A stretch of 64,000 nucleotides of DNA from an uncultured Prochlorococcus sp. (GCA_902583265.1 CACHVD010000004.1:4417-68416); one strand, 5' to 3'. Positions 50,089-62,429 are shown, counted from the first letter of the stretch. A program made the numbers and translations. The notes: generated by a model not told the origin, from the letters alone.

Positions 50089-51366
50089 GTGTTAGATCTA
50101 AGATTAATAAGAGAAAACCCAACATCTATCGAAGAGAATTTGTCCTTAAGAGGAAAAGTTTATAAGATATCCCACATTCACGAATTAACTGTTAAAAAAA
50201 AAGAAATTGATATAGAAATATCCAGTCTCCAATCTGAAAGCAAAAAGTTAAGCAAATTAATTGGTCAAGAAATTAGCAAATTTCAAAACAATGATTCTCC
50301 AGAACTTAATAATTTAAAGAAAAAAGGAAACGATTACAGAACCAGAATTTCTGAATTTGAAGAGAAAAAAAGAATATTGGATAAGCAAATACATAATGAA
50401 ATTAGTAACTTGCCAAATTTACCGAGCAAAGATGCACCTATAGGAAAAGATGAAAGTAATAATATCCAAGTGAAATCTTGGGGAGATCCTTTGATGAAAG
50501 ATAACCTTAAATCTCACTGGGAAATAGGCGAAAGTCTAAATCTTTTTGACTCTATAAAATCAACAAAAATTTCAAAAAGTCGTTTTATTACACTTATTGG
50601 TAATGGCGCCAAATTGGAAAGGGCATTGATTAATTTCATGCTCGACATGCACACTAAAAATGGTTATTTAGAGTTGATGCCTCCAGCTCTAATAAATTCA
50701 GAAAGTCTCCAAGGATCTGGGCAATTACCTAAATTTTCCAACGAGAGTTTCAAGTGTTCTAATGATGATTTATGGCTTTCTCCCACAGCTGAAGTTCCAC
50801 TAACTGCTTTTCATAAGAACGAGATTATTGATCCCAACCTTTTACCTCTTAAGTATGTTGCATATAGCCCCTGTTTTAGAAGGGAGGCTGGAAGTTATGG
50901 GAGGGATACTAAAGGTTTAATAAGACTTCATCAATTTAATAAGGTTGAACTATATTGGTTTTGCGACCCAAGTAAATCCTTAAAAGCTCATAACAATATT
51001 ACTGCTGATGCGGAAAGCATTTTAAAAAAACTAAACCTACCATACAGGTTGATAGATATATGCACAGGAGACTTGGGCTTTTCTTCCAGTAGAACCTTTG
51101 ATCTTGAAGTTTGGCTGCCAAGTAGTAAATGTTATAGAGAAATTTCAAGTTGCAGCAATTGTTTAGATTTTCAAGCACGCAGATCATCAATAAGAACAAA
51201 AATTGATAAAAAAAATACATATTTACATACCTTAAATGGCAGTGGTCTTGCAATTGGGAGAACAATGGCTGCAATTCTTGAGAATGGCCAACAACCTGAT
51301 GGGAGCGTTAAGATTCCAGATGCTTTAGTTCCTTATTTTGGGTCAAATTTTTTAAAAACTACTTAA
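50089..51366 (+). CDS. serS: Seryl-tRNA synthetase
   Basis: [33 protein letters not shown]. Confidence 0.98.
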   Translation: MLDLRLIRENPTSIEENLSLRGKVYKISHIHELTVKKKEIDIEISSLQSESKKLSKLIGQEISKFQNNDSPELNNLKKKGNDYRTRISEFEEKKRILDKQIHNEISNLPNLPSKDAPIGKDESNNIQVKSWGDPLMKDNLKSHWEIGESLNLFDSIKSTKISKSRFITLIGNGAKLERALINFMLDMHTKNGYLELMPPALINSESLQGSGQLPKFSNESFKCSNDDLWLSPTAEVPLTAFHKNEIIDPNLLPLKYVAYSPCFRREAGSYGRDTKGLIRLHQFNKVELYWFCDPSKSLKAHNNITADAESILKKLNLPYRLIDICTGDLGFSSSRTFDLEVWLPSSKCYREISSCSNCLDFQARRSSIRTKIDKKNTYLHTLNGSGLAIGRTMAAILENGQQPDGSVKIPDALVPYFGSNFLKTT

Positions 51367-51375
51367 TATAAAATA

Positions 51376-52455
51376 ATGAATGTTTTAACTTCAATAACAG
51401 TTCTGGGATTTCTCATTTTTTTTCATGAGATGGGACATTTTCTTGCAGCAATTTTACAAGGTATTTATGTTGATGGATTCTCAATTGGATTTGGACCTTC
51501 AATAATCCAGAAAAAATATAAAGATATTACTTATTCATTTAGAGCTTTTCCTCTAGGGGGCTTTGTTTCCTTCCCTGATGAAGAACTTAATAATATTGAC
51601 TCTAAAGACCCAAATCTTTTAAAAAATAGACCAATAATTCAGAGAGTAATTGTGATCTCAGCTGGAGTATTCGCCAACCTAATCCTTGCTTATTCAATCT
51701 TAATTATAAATGTAAGTACGGTGGGAATTCCTTTTGATCCAGAACCTGGTATTTTAGTTTTAGCTACACAGCCTGAAAAGGCTGCTTATCTTGCGGGATT
51801 AAAAGCAGGAGATAAAATCTTAGAAATTGAAACATATACTTTAGGATCTGGAGATCAAGCTGTTTCTACCTTAGTAAAAGAGATTCAAAATTCATCGGAA
51901 AACCCAATTTCAATAAAAATTGAAAGAGATGGAATTTTTAAAGATTTAACTTTGATTCCAAAAAATGTTGATGGTAAAGGCACAATAGGTGCTCAATTAC
52001 AGCCCAATATAAGAAAAGAGACTAAAAAAACAAAAAACTTTTATGAACTTTTTAAATACACTAATAATCAGTTTTCATCTCTTTTGGTAAAAACAATTCA
52101 AGGTTATAAAGGATTGATAACAAATTTCTCATCAACAGCTCAACAATTAAGTGGTCCAGTAAAAATTGTTGAAATTGGAGCTCAACTTTCCCAACAAGGC
52201 GGAACCGGGATACTATTATTTGCAGCTTTAATTTCAATAAATTTAGCAGTTCTCAATTCATTGCCTTTACCACTACTTGATGGGGGGCAACTTGTTTTCA
52301 CTTTAATTGAGGGGTTAAGGGGTAAACCTATCCCAGTTAAGATACAAATGCTTGTTACTCAATCCAGTTTTTTTCTTTTAGTTGGACTAAGTGTGCTCCT
52401 TATCATAAGGGATACTAGTCAGCTTTTAATAGTACAAAAATTATTTAATCAATAA
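51376..52455 (+). CDS. rseP: RIP metalloprotease RseP
   Basis: HEMGH, PDZ domain, NSLPLPLLDGG. Confidence 0.95.
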   Translation: MNVLTSITVLGFLIFFHEMGHFLAAILQGIYVDGFSIGFGPSIIQKKYKDITYSFRAFPLGGFVSFPDEELNNIDSKDPNLLKNRPIIQRVIVISAGVFANLILAYSILIINVSTVGIPFDPEPGILVLATQPEKAAYLAGLKAGDKILEIETYTLGSGDQAVSTLVKEIQNSSENPISIKIERDGIFKDLTLIPKNVDGKGTIGAQLQPNIRKETKKTKNFYELFKYTNNQFSSLLVKTIQGYKGLITNFSSTAQQLSGPVKIVEIGAQLSQQGGTGILLFAALISINLAVLNSLPLPLLDGGQLVFTLIEGLRGKPIPVKIQMLVTQSSFFLLVGLSVLLIIRDTSQLLIVQKLFNQ

Positions 52456-52515
52456 TTAAATTTTAAAAAAAGTTATTCAAGCTGTTAGAATAAAAGAAAG
52501 TATAGATTTTGTTAA

Positions 52516-52818
52516 ATGGCTAAAAAGTCCATGATTGCGAGAGAGGTCAAACGCAAAAAACTAGTAAAAAAATATGCTGCAAAAAGAAAATCATTATTAG
52601 ATGAGTTTAATGCGGCAAAAGATCCTATGGAAAGATTAGAAATTCATAGAAAGATCCAAGGATTACCAAGAAACTCAGCTCCAAACAGAGTTAGAAATAG
52701 ATGTTGGGCAACTGGCAAGCCCAGAGGAGTATATAGAGACTTTGGTTTATGTAGAAACCAATTAAGACAAAGAGCCCATAATGGTGAATTACCAGGCGTT
52801 GTAAAGTCAAGTTGGTAA
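52516..52818 (+). CDS. rpsN: 30S ribosomal protein S14
   Basis: [31 protein letters not shown]. Confidence 0.98.
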   Translation: MAKKSMIAREVKRKKLVKKYAAKRKSLLDEFNAAKDPMERLEIHRKIQGLPRNSAPNRVRNRCWATGKPRGVYRDFGLCRNQLRQRAHNGELPGVVKSSW

Positions 52819-52990
52819 TAAATTATTTTATTAATATTCATTACCTAATTTTTTATAATGAAGTAATGCTAAAAATTTGCATATAATTTAATGTTTTACT
52901 TAAAAAAATTAAATCATATTTAAAAAAATACTCAATATGTCCCTATTAGATGTAAGAATAAATCATGTATACGAATTCATAATTTAAAAA

Positions 52991-55156
52991 GTGGAAGGAC
53001 AAAATAAGTCGATCACGTTTGACGGACGAGAGATACGACTAACTACAGGACTATATGCGCCTCAGGCAAATGGATCAGTATTGATTGAATGTGGAGACAC
53101 TTCTTTATTAGTTACTGCAACAAAAACCACAAAAAAAGAGGCTTCAGACTTTTTACCTCTAATATGCGACTATGAGGAAAAACTATATGCTGCAGGTAGG
53201 ATACCCGGTGGATTCATGAGAAGAGAGGGACGTCCTCCGGAAAGAGCCACATTAATAGCAAGATTAATTGATAGGCCTATGAGACCACTTTTCCCTAGTT
53301 GGATGAGAGATGAGATCCAAATTGTTGCTTCTTGTCTTTCTCTTGATGAAAGGGTGCCTGCGGATGTTCTTGCTGTGACTGGAGCATCAATAGCAACACT
53401 ATTGGGAGAGATTCCCTTCTATGGGCCAATGGCCGCAGTAAGAGTTGGCCTTTTAGGTGATGATTTTATCCTTAATCCAAGCTACCGAGAAATCGAGAAG
53501 GGTGATCTTGATATAGTTGTCGCAGGGTCAAACGAAGGAATTGTAATGATTGAGGCTGGTGCGAACCAACTTTCTGAACAAGACACTATTGAAGCTATAG
53601 ATTTCGCTTATGAAGCTGTTGCTGAATTAATAAAATCTCAAGAAACCCTTCTCGAAGAATTAGGGATCAAGCACGCAAAGCCTGAAGATCCTGAGCAAGA
53701 CAACACATTAATAAGTTATCTAGAGAAAAATTGCTCTAAGCCTATTGATTTAATCTTAAAGAAATTTGATCAGTCAAAAGAAGAAAGAGATCTAGAACTT
53801 GAGACAGTAAAAGCAGATGTTCAAAATAAAATAGATTCTCTTAAGGATGATAATCAAGTGAAAATACTCACTGAAGAAAATGATAAATTAATTCATTCTG
53901 ATTTTAAAAAATTAACCAAAAAATTAATGAGATCACAAATCATTAATGATGGGAAAAGGGTTGATGGTAGGGATCTAGACGAGGTAAGAAAAATATCTGC
54001 TGCTGCAGGAATACTCCCAAAAAGAGTGCACGGTTCAGCTTTATTTCAAAGAGGTTTAACGCAAGTATTATCAACAACTACTCTTGGCACTCCAAGTGAT
54101 GCACAAGAGATGGATGATCTAAATCCAAGTACCGAAAAAACTTATTTACACCACTATAACTTTCCTCCCTATTCAGTAGGTGAGACTCGGCCAATGAGAA
54201 CTCCCGGAAGGAGAGAAATTGGTCATGGAGCGTTAGCTGAAAGAGCCATAATACCTGTTTTACCAGGGAAAGAAACATTCCCTTACGTACTAAGAGTAGT
54301 GAGTGAGGTTTTAAGTTCTAATGGATCTACATCAATGGGATCTGTTTGTGGAAGTTCGCTATCTTTACTTGATGCTGGTGTTCCCTTAAAAGCCCCTGTA
54401 AGCGGAACTGCGATGGGCCTTATTAAAGAAGGTAAAGAGATCAGGATTCTTACAGATATTCAAGGAATTGAAGATTTCCTTGGAGATATGGACTTCAAAG
54501 TTGCGGGGACTGAAAAAGGAATAACAGCTTTGCAAATGGATATGAAAATTACAGGCTTACCCGTTTCTGTAATTTCCGATGCCATAAAAAAAGCTCGCCC
54601 CGCAAGATTACATATTTTAGAAAAAATGCAAGAAGCAATTGAAAAACCTAAAGAATCGTTATCTCCTCATGCGCCAAGACTTTTGAGTTTCAGAATTGAT
54701 CCTGAACTTATAGGCACAGTGATAGGTCCAGGTGGTAGAACTATCAAAGGTATTACAGAAAGGACAAACACCAAAATTGATATCGAAGATGGGGGCATTG
54801 TTACTATAGCCTCACATGATGGAGCAGCTGCAGAGGAAGCACAGAAGATAATAGAAGGCTTAACAAGAAAGGTTCACGAAGGTGAGATCTTTTCAGGAGT
54901 AGTTACTAGAATTATTCCAATAGGAGCTTTCGTTGAAATACTCCCTGGTAAAGAGGGTATGGTTCATATTTCACAATTATCAGAGGCTAGAGTTGAGAGG
55001 GTAGAGGATGTTGTCAGGCAAGGTGATGAGGTCACAGTGAGAGTTAGGGAAATTGATAGCAGAGGTAGGATTAATTTAACCCTTAGAGGAGTTGGTCAGA
55101 ATAATGGGATGTCCTATCCTGAACCAACTCCAACACCCGTAGCACCTCTTAATTAA
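52991..55156 (+). CDS. pnp: Polyribonucleotide nucleotidyltransferase
   Basis: [29 protein letters not shown], plus KH and S1 domains. Confidence 0.98.
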   Translation: MEGQNKSITFDGREIRLTTGLYAPQANGSVLIECGDTSLLVTATKTTKKEASDFLPLICDYEEKLYAAGRIPGGFMRREGRPPERATLIARLIDRPMRPLFPSWMRDEIQIVASCLSLDERVPADVLAVTGASIATLLGEIPFYGPMAAVRVGLLGDDFILNPSYREIEKGDLDIVVAGSNEGIVMIEAGANQLSEQDTIEAIDFAYEAVAELIKSQETLLEELGIKHAKPEDPEQDNTLISYLEKNCSKPIDLILKKFDQSKEERDLELETVKADVQNKIDSLKDDNQVKILTEENDKLIHSDFKKLTKKLMRSQIINDGKRVDGRDLDEVRKISAAAGILPKRVHGSALFQRGLTQVLSTTTLGTPSDAQEMDDLNPSTEKTYLHHYNFPPYSVGETRPMRTPGRREIGHGALAERAIIPVLPGKETFPYVLRVVSEVLSSNGSTSMGSVCGSSLSLLDAGVPLKAPVSGTAMGLIKEGKEIRILTDIQGIEDFLGDMDFKVAGTEKGITALQMDMKITGLPVSVISDAIKKARPARLHILEKMQEAIEKPKESLSPHAPRLLSFRIDPELIGTVIGPGGRTIKGITERTNTKIDIEDGGIVTIASHDGAAAEEAQKIIEGLTRKVHEGEIFSGVVTRIIPIGAFVEILPGKEGMVHISQLSEARVERVEDVVRQGDEVTVRVREIDSRGRINLTLRGVGQNNGMSYPEPTPTPVAPLN

Positions 55157-56061
55157 TCGATAGGATATAAATCGAATTTTCTTATAATTTGCATTATTTC
55201 TGAGCATATACTTTTATGAGAAAGTTTATCACTTGTAGCGACTATTATTCCACCCTGCTCAAAATTTGAGTCTCCATAGGATAATTCATCATTATTTAGA
55301 TTGGTCAAAGAGCCTCCAGCAGTTTTTAAGATAGCTTCAGGGGCAGCAAAGTCCCAGTCTTTAGGTGAACTTTTACCTGGTAGGCTCAAACAAATATAAA
55401 TATTGCTCTCTCCTCTTAAAATTGAAGCAATCTTACACCCAACACTTCCCATAACAATTTGATCTTTAAAATTTAATTTTTCAATTACCTTTTTTAAAGT
55501 TTGATTCCTATGATTTTTACTTGTAACAATGGTCATATCATGAATTCTTCTCTTATTTTGCAGAAGATTAGTTTTTAAGTAAGTTCCATCTCTCGATTCG
55601 CACCAACTTTTTCTTCCGTTAGAAATCCATAATTGATTCTTCTCGGGAATAAGAACAACTCCAATTAATGGTTTTTGCTTATAATTCAATGCTAAATGCA
55701 TTGCATAATTCCCCGTTCCTTGAATAAAATCCTTAGTACCATCTAAAGGATCTAAAACCCAACACCAGTCAGATTTTGCTTCAAAAAAATTTGACTCGTC
55801 CTTTGCATTCTCCTCGCTTAAAATATCCCAACCAATATTTTTGTAATTTTTACTTATTCCATTTATGATCATCTCATTTACTTTTAAATCTGCAAGAGTT
55901 ACGGGATCCTCAGGAGTTTTATTTTGAATAATATTAGCTTTTTCTTTTGGATTTCTAATGAGATTTGAATAATAAATCAATATATCTGCGGCTTCCCAGC
56001 TTAAAATCCTCAAATCATCGATAAGATTATTAATATCTAAACCAAAAGGTAACTTAGTCAC
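55153..56061 (-). CDS. cysQ: 3'(2'),5'-bisphosphate nucleotidase (CysQ/IMPase family)
   Basis: [28 protein letters not shown]. Confidence 0.9.
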   Translation of the reverse strand: MTKLPFGLDINNLIDDLRILSWEAADILIYYSNLIRNPKEKANIIQNKTPEDPVTLADLKVNEMIINGISKNYKNIGWDILSEENAKDESNFFEAKSDWCWVLDPLDGTKDFIQGTGNYAMHLALNYKQKPLIGVVLIPEKNQLWISNGRKSWCESRDGTYLKTNLLQNKRRIHDMTIVTSKNHRNQTLKKVIEKLNFKDQIVMGSVGCKIASILRGESNIYICLSLPGKSSPKDWDFAAPEAILKTAGGSLTNLNNDELSYGDSNFEQGGIIVATSDKLSHKSICSEIMQIIRKFDLYPID

Positions 56062-56065
56062 ATAA

Positions 56066-56929
56066 ATGAATATCGATTCTCTATTTTCTCATATAGATCA
56101 AAAACCTGAAAGCGGAATTTTATATATAGTAGGAACTCCTATTGGAAATTTATATGATATTTCTTTAAGAGCTTTGAATACTCTTAAAAATGTTTCACTG
56201 GTAGCTTGCGAAGATACTAGACATACTCAAAAAATAATGAATAAATATTCAATAAAAAATAATCTTATAAGTTTTAATATGCACAATTCAATAAAAAAAA
56301 TCCCAATAATAATTAATCAACTCAAGAACGGTAATTCAATTGCACTAGTTAGTGATGCAGGGATGCCAAGCATTTGCGATCCGGGAGAAAATCTTGTCAG
56401 AGAAGTAAAATTAAATAAATTAAAAACTATTTGTATCCCAGGCCCTTGCGCAGCTCTGACCGCTTTAGTTTCTAGTGGACTAGAGTCATCAACATTTATC
56501 TTTGAGGGTTTTCTACCAAAGAAACAAAGTGAGAGAAATAAAATACTTTTTGATATCAGCAAAAACACTAAAACTACCATAATTTATGAGTCACCTCATA
56601 GAATTAATAAATTCTTAGTAGATTTAAAAAATTTTTGCGGAGGTGATAGAGAAATTCAACTTTATCGCGAATTAACCAAAAAGTTTGAGGAGCATATGGG
56701 CAATAACATTAATGAAGTTATAGAGAATATAAAAAATAAAGAAATTATAGGAGAGATAACTGTATTGATTAGAGGAATAAACCATTCAAAAAATCAAGAT
56801 ATAAATCTAATAATTTTAAAGAATGAACTTAAGGAGTTGATTAATGCAGGTTTAAATTTATCATCGGCATCTAAATACTTAGCCAAAAAAAATGGTATTC
56901 CAAAAAACATAATTTATAATCTATATTAG
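56066..56929 (+). CDS. rsmI: 16S rRNA C1402 2'-O-methyltransferase
   Basis: LYIVGTPIGNL, CEDTRHT, VSDAGMP.ICDPG, RELTKKFEE. Confidence 0.95.
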   Translation: MNIDSLFSHIDQKPESGILYIVGTPIGNLYDISLRALNTLKNVSLVACEDTRHTQKIMNKYSIKNNLISFNMHNSIKKIPIIINQLKNGNSIALVSDAGMPSICDPGENLVREVKLNKLKTICIPGPCAALTALVSSGLESSTFIFEGFLPKKQSERNKILFDISKNTKTTIIYESPHRINKFLVDLKNFCGGDREIQLYRELTKKFEEHMGNNINEVIENIKNKEIIGEITVLIRGINHSKNQDINLIILKNELKELINAGLNLSSASKYLAKKNGIPKNIIYNLY

Positions 56930-56950
56930 AAATATTGGGTCATGTAAGAT

Positions 56951-57181
56951 ATGTCTGAGGCTTTTAAAAAATTATTTTTTTCAATTACCTTCAATTCATG
57001 TTTATTCTTATTTTTGATAATTGGCATACAAAATAGCTCAAGTGAAAGCAAAGTTAAATTGTTTAAAAATGAAACTATAGCCTTACCAATAAGCTTTATT
57101 GTTGGATTAAGTTTCATAACAGGTTCAATAACAGGAAGCTGTATACCTATTTTCTTTAATAACAAAAAGATTGATAGTTAG
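56951..57181 (+). CDS. Small membrane protein (LapA-like)
   Basis: Two TM helices flanking IQNS. Confidence 0.6.
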   Translation: MSEAFKKLFFSITFNSCLFLFLIIGIQNSSSESKVKLFKNETIALPISFIVGLSFITGSITGSCIPIFFNNKKIDS

Positions 57182-57849
57182 ATAGAAATCAAATTTTCAG
57201 CAGTAACTAATCTAGATATTCCACGTGAGATCAATATAGGAGCAACAATTCTAAATACATCAGTATTAGGAACTTTTATCACTTTCTGGTCTTTATTACA
57301 CATACGCTTTGCGGTTTTCAAATCAAAATGAATTTCTATAGTTTTTCTTTTCAAATCATTTTGAGGTAAAAATTGCCATTCAGGATAATCCTTTAAATAC
57401 TTAGTCTCTAGTTCAATTTCTTTTTTGACAATTAAAAAAACTAAATTAGGTAGTTTTATCTCTGAGAGAGGTATCGAAGAAATATCTTTTTGAGAAATAT
57501 CTTCAAAGTCATGATCCAAAGGAGTTATTTCTATAAAAGATTCAAAAGGATCAATTTTATCTTCATTTGATCTACCTGTTGATATTGAATTATTTTCAGG
57601 TTTATTTATTTTATTTTTCTCATTAGTTTGTTTTTCATTTTCAAGCAATTTTTCATCTTTTATATCGAAAATTGCATTAAATCTATTGAGAATTTCTTTA
57701 TATTTTATTTCTCCAAGGCTTTTTTTTAAATTTCTTATTATTGTCGATTTAGTGCAGTTAAACTTTTCAGATAAAAACTCAACAGATTGATTATCTAAAA
57801 AATTAATTTTTATTTCTTCTTTTTGTTTTTCAGTAAGTCTTTTAGCCAA
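57178..57849 (-). CDS. Conserved hypothetical protein with N-terminal HTH-like segment
   Basis: LSEKFNCTKSTIIRNLK; LKDYPEWQFLP. Confidence 0.7.
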   Translation of the reverse strand: MAKRLTEKQKEEIKINFLDNQSVEFLSEKFNCTKSTIIRNLKKSLGEIKYKEILNRFNAIFDIKDEKLLENEKQTNEKNKINKPENNSISTGRSNEDKIDPFESFIEITPLDHDFEDISQKDISSIPLSEIKLPNLVFLIVKKEIELETKYLKDYPEWQFLPQNDLKRKTIEIHFDLKTAKRMCNKDQKVIKVPNTDVFRIVAPILISRGISRLVTAENLISI

Positions 57850-57980
57850 ATCAAAATAACAACATTAAATTTAATTTTAGGAGATTATCATAAAAAAGAA
57901 TGTTATATCACAAATAAAAAAATTGTTATCAACATATCTTTGTAAATTTTAGACCTTATTGTCCGATATAATAAATATGT

Positions 57981-58054
<74 letters not shown>

Positions 58055-58069
58055 TTTTTAATTTTTGTT

Positions 58070-59488
58070 TCAACAATTAGGTATTGGATATCCAACTTGC
58101 CAAAAATTACTATCAATTTTATGTAATAAATCATCAGAAATTATGCCTCTGGTATCAAATATCCAAGAAGGTTTCCTTAATAAATTAGATATCTTTTCCC
58201 AATTCAAATCCTCGTACTTATCCCAATCTGTTATTAAGATCACTGCATCTGCTCCAGTAGAAGCATCATAAATGTCAGTGACGAATTCCCATTTACCAAA
58301 GGAACTTTTATCAATTTCTAATTCCCTTATTCCTATTTCTTTTTCAATCTGATTTTTTGTAACTTTAGGATCATTTAATAATAATTCTGCACCATTCTCA
58401 ATTAAATCTTTTGCTATTCCTATAGCAGGAGACTCTCTAGTATCGTTTGTATTTGATTTAAAGGAGAATCCAAGCATTAAAATTTTTTTATTAGAAACTG
58501 TTCCATATAATTTCTCAACTACAAGCGATGATATTCTTTGTTTCTGCCAATTATTTATTAGCATCACCTGCTCCCAATATTCTGCAACAGTATCTAATTT
58601 ATAAAATCGACATAAATAAACAAGATTCAAAATATCTTTTTTAAAACAGCTTCCTCCAAAACCTGGGCCTGGAGATAAAAACTTATTACCTATTCTTTTA
58701 TCTGAACCAATTGCTTTTACAACTTCCTTGATATCTGCCCCAGTCGATTCACATAATGCTGATATTGAATTAATAGAACTTACTCTTTGAGCCAAAAACG
58801 CATTGGCGATTAATTTAGATAGTTCACTACTCCAAATATTTGTCAACAAAATTTTCTCCTCAGGAATCCATCTTAAATAAATATCTTTTAATTGATTTAT
58901 TGCAAATTTATCAGAGCCTCCAATCAAAACTCTATCTGGATTCTCAAGATCCTTGATAGCAGTTCCTTCTGCTAAAAATTCAGGACTTGAAAGAACAGAA
59001 AAAGTTTTTTTATTAACACTTTTTACTTTCTTATTTGAAACCAAAATTTCCTCAATCAGTTCGGCAGTTTTAACAGGAACGGTACTCTTTTCTACAATAA
59101 TTGTATGCCCTTTGGAATATTTTGAAACTTGTCTTGCACAGGACTCAACCCATTTCAAATCACTTGCATATCCTGCTCCAAACCCTTTATTTTTTGTAGG
59201 AGTATTCACAGATATAAAAACCATATCGGCATTTTTTATAGAATTCTCAATATCAGTTGAAAAAAATAAATTTTTATTTCTATTTCTCGAAACGACTTCT
59301 TTAAGCCCTGGCTCAAAAATTGGCAAATTATTTAAATTCTTATCATTCCATGCTGCAATTTTTTTATCATCTATATCTACAAGTGTAACTTCAATATCAG
59401 GACAATTATCAGCTATAACAGACATTGTTGGTCCCCCAACATATCCCGCACCAATACAGCAAATTTTCTTTAAGAGGAATGAAATAAT
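58070..59488 (-). CDS. ugd: UDP-glucose 6-dehydrogenase (no canonical start upstream of the Rossmann motif)
   Basis: In-frame KKICCIGAGYVGGPT precedes the ATG at 59425; KSTVP, PEFLAEG, GFGGSCFKKD, FKSNTNDTRES. Confidence 0.93.
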   Translation of the reverse strand: MISFLLKKICCIGAGYVGGPTMSVIADNCPDIEVTLVDIDDKKIAAWNDKNLNNLPIFEPGLKEVVSRNRNKNLFFSTDIENSIKNADMVFISVNTPTKNKGFGAGYASDLKWVESCARQVSKYSKGHTIIVEKSTVPVKTAELIEEILVSNKKVKSVNKKTFSVLSSPEFLAEGTAIKDLENPDRVLIGGSDKFAINQLKDIYLRWIPEEKILLTNIWSSELSKLIANAFLAQRVSSINSISALCESTGADIKEVVKAIGSDKRIGNKFLSPGPGFGGSCFKKDILNLVYLCRFYKLDTVAEYWEQVMLINNWQKQRISSLVVEKLYGTVSNKKILMLGFSFKSNTNDTRESPAIGIAKDLIENGAELLLNDPKVTKNQIEKEIGIRELEIDKSSFGKWEFVTDIYDASTGADAVILITDWDKYEDLNWEKISNLLRKPSWIFDTRGIISDDLLHKIDSNFWQVGYPIPNC

Positions 59489-59710
59489 TTTTTAATTTTC
59501 TTTTGGTATTATAAAATATCTCTTTACTAAGAGAAATAATATTTATCAATTTAATAAAATCTATCTGTAAAAAAATGGAAATAAATCCCTTAGTGTTGAT
59601 AGTATTTTCCTTTTTATGCTAAATAACTAAAATTTTTGTTTAACAATATCAAGAATTAATATACTATTTTTTTTTATAATTATATAATTAATTTGCTTAT
59701 TTTTTAACAG

Positions 59711-60973
59711 TTGAGAATTTTTCAATTTAAAAAATATAAAAATAATAACTATGGAATCAATTTTTATATTTTTGTTTTTGGGCTATTTTTTTTACCCTCT
59801 GCATTTACCATTGGAGCTATATTATTATTAATTTCATTATTAACAAATACACTTACATATAATAAAGAATTGGTATTTGACAAATGGAATATTTGCTTCT
59901 TAGTTGCAAGTTTTTTAATGATAATTAGCTGTATTATCCATTCATCTTATAACGATCACCTTAATATATATAATCTTAATTCATCACTTAGCTGGATAGG
60001 ATTAGGAAATTGGCTACCATTATTTTGGTGCTATGCAGGTTTCAAACCATTCTTAAATAATACAAAAAAAAGGGAAATATCATCAATAGCATTATTATGC
60101 GGATCTTTGCCTGTCCTTTTTACTGGGATAGGGCAATATTTTTTCGGATGGTACGGACCATTTGAATTTCTAAATGGTTTTATAGTTTGGTATCAAAGAC
60201 CAATAGAAAATTTATCTGGATTGACGGGCTTATTTAATAACGCTAATTATATGGGTGCATGGTTGAATATTATTTGGCCAATAGGTTTGGCATGTTTAAT
60301 TGACTCAAATAAAAATATATTTAAAAATTTATCTACTTATATTTTTATTTTAGGGATATCATTATCAACAATTTTTACTTTTTCAAGATCAGCTTGGATA
60401 GGAATTTTTCTAGGAACATTACTAATGTACGGTAAAAGGATATATAGATATTTACTAGCTTTATTATTTTTACTTATTTTAGTAATTTCCTCAACAGTAA
60501 CCTCAATTCTAGGTACTCAAATGCAAACAGTTTTAAAATCATTTATCCCTCAATCAATCTGGATGGAATTTAGTGATTTTCAGTATTCAAGAATAAGTAT
60601 TTGGAAAACAGGATTAAATACGGTTTACAATAATCCTATATTTGGGAGTGGTGCAGGCTCTTTTCAACAAATTTACATACATGAAACAGGTTTATGGAAA
60701 GGTCATTCTCACAATCTACCTCTAGAATTAATAATAAGCTATGGCCTTCCAGCTGCTTTACTAATAATTATTCCAATATTGATAATTGTTGTTAGGTCTT
60801 CAAGGAAAATCCTTTTAAATAAAAATAAAGTTTCAATATTTGATAAGTCTTGGATAACTTCTCTAATAGTTCTTATAACTTCGCAGATGTATGATGTTCA
60901 ATATTTTGATGGAAGAATTAGTATTTTTTTATGGATATTAATATCAGGATCGACGAACATCTTAAAAGAATAA
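59711..60973 (+). CDS. O-antigen ligase/polymerase-like membrane protein
   Basis: Multiple TM helices; GLFNNANY, TFSRSAW, RISIW..G, PIFGSG, HSHNL. Confidence 0.85.
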   Translation: MRIFQFKKYKNNNYGINFYIFVFGLFFLPSAFTIGAILLLISLLTNTLTYNKELVFDKWNICFLVASFLMIISCIIHSSYNDHLNIYNLNSSLSWIGLGNWLPLFWCYAGFKPFLNNTKKREISSIALLCGSLPVLFTGIGQYFFGWYGPFEFLNGFIVWYQRPIENLSGLTGLFNNANYMGAWLNIIWPIGLACLIDSNKNIFKNLSTYIFILGISLSTIFTFSRSAWIGIFLGTLLMYGKRIYRYLLALLFLLILVISSTVTSILGTQMQTVLKSFIPQSIWMEFSDFQYSRISIWKTGLNTVYNNPIFGSGAGSFQQIYIHETGLWKGHSHNLPLELIISYGLPAALLIIIPILIIVVRSSRKILLNKNKVSIFDKSWITSLIVLITSQMYDVQYFDGRISIFLWILISGSTNILKE

Positions 60974-61049
60974 TATCTAAAGTTTTAAAAATTTCCTACT
61001 TTTAACATCTATTTAATAAGGTATTATATTACTAATATTTACTCTACTA

Positions 61050-62429
61050 ATGTCTTTTGGAATTCCTTGGATAATAAGTAGAAGAAGGGTGTTGATAGGA
61101 AGTTTTTTAGATTATTTTATAAATATCTTTATTTATAATTATGTTTTCAACAAAGAAATTGGATCATATCCTAGTCAAATAGTATCCATCGGCCTAGGTT
61201 TTTCTTGGGTAATTATAAGTTATGTTTTAGGAAGATACATAAAGATCTCCAATATTACATTAATAAGTTTTGCGAAGGCAGCTATAAAAATAATATTCAT
61301 GTTGATTTTCTGCAACCTTATTTATCTCGTAATAAATTGGTTTGTGCCTTTAACTTTTTATTGGGATACACCAGAATTTTCAAGTTATTTATCAAGAGAA
61401 TTGAGTAACTTATTTATTAGGGTCTCAACTTACATAGCAATTGCCAGCTTATTTATTCAATATTTCTTCAGCATCGTTACTTATAATATATATAACCAAA
61501 AGAAGGTATGGATATTTTATGGAGCCAAAGCAAAGTTTAATGAAATAATGGAAGAAATTGGGGGACTAAAAAAGGACCTTGTTGTATCTTGGCATCCTAA
61601 CCAGGATAATCTTGAAGACATTAATATACAAACTACAAAGGGTATAATTATTGGAAATTTAGACGATATAAATCAAAAAAATTTAGATAATATATTCAAA
61701 TTAAAGTTGAAAGGAGTTGTAGTTGAAGGTCTTTTATCATGGTTTGAAAAAGAATTCCATAGAATGCCAACTAATATAATTGAAAATAAAAATCAACTGG
61801 TTGAAAAACTAAAGTCAATTGAGGACAGTTATCAATTAAGAACCAAGAGAATTGGTGACTTATTAGTAAGCACTTTTTTATTAATCATTACATCACCTCT
61901 ATTCATACTAATAAGTGCATTAATTTTGGCTGAAGATAATGGTCCAATATTTTATACTCAAACTCGAACAGGTCGTAATGGTAATCCATTTAAAATCATA
62001 AAATTTAGAAGTATGAAAATTGATGCTGAGAAATGTGGTGTCCAATGGTCAAAGCAAAGAGATCCAAGAATAACTTGTATTGGGAAAATAATAAGAGCAC
62101 TAAGATTAGATGAACTACCTCAACTTTTTTGTGTAATTAAGGGTACTATGAGTCTCATAGGACCTCGCCCTGAAAGACCTGAAATAGAGAATGAATTGTT
62201 AAAAAATATACCTTACTATAATTTCAGGAATATTTTAAGACCTGGAATAAGTGGTTGGGCTCAGGTAAATTATCCTTACGGAGCAAGTATTTCAGATACT
62301 CAAAAAAAACTAAGTTACGATATCTATTACATAACTCATTTTTCAATTTTACTCGATCTTCTAATATTTTTTAAAACAATTAGATTAGTATTAAATGCCA
62401 AAGGTTCATTACCTAAAAAGTATAATTAG
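61050..62429 (+). CDS. Undecaprenyl-phosphate priming sugar transferase (WcaJ/WbaP-like)
   Basis: KRIGD, KFRSM, DPRIT, LDELPQL, MSLIGPRPE, PGISGWAQV. Confidence 0.92.
   Translation: MSFGIPWIISRRRVLIGSFLDYFINIFIYNYVFNKEIGSYPSQIVSIGLGFSWVIISYVLGRYIKISNITLISFAKAAIKIIFMLIFCNLIYLVINWFVPLTFYWDTPEFSSYLSRELSNLFIRVSTYIAIASLFIQYFFSIVTYNIYNQKKVWIFYGAKAKFNEIMEEIGGLKKDLVVSWHPNQDNLEDINIQTTKGIIIGNLDDINQKNLDNIFKLKLKGVVVEGLLSWFEKEFHRMPTNIIENKNQLVEKLKSIEDSYQLRTKRIGDLLVSTFLLIITSPLFILISALILAEDNGPIFYTQTRTGRNGNPFKIIKFRSMKIDAEKCGVQWSKQRDPRITCIGKIIRALRLDELPQLFCVIKGTMSLIGPRPERPEIENELLKNIPYYNFRNILRPGISGWAQVNYPYGASISDTQKKLSYDIYYITHFSILLDLLIFFKTIRLVLNAKGSLPKKYN

Noticed and set aside
58953-59495. 180-aa antisense ORF over ugd, and similar shadow ORFs over polA, dxr, pnt, trxB, psbD, ilvH and sppA
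   Set aside because: Antisense shadows of well-supported genes with no motifs of their own
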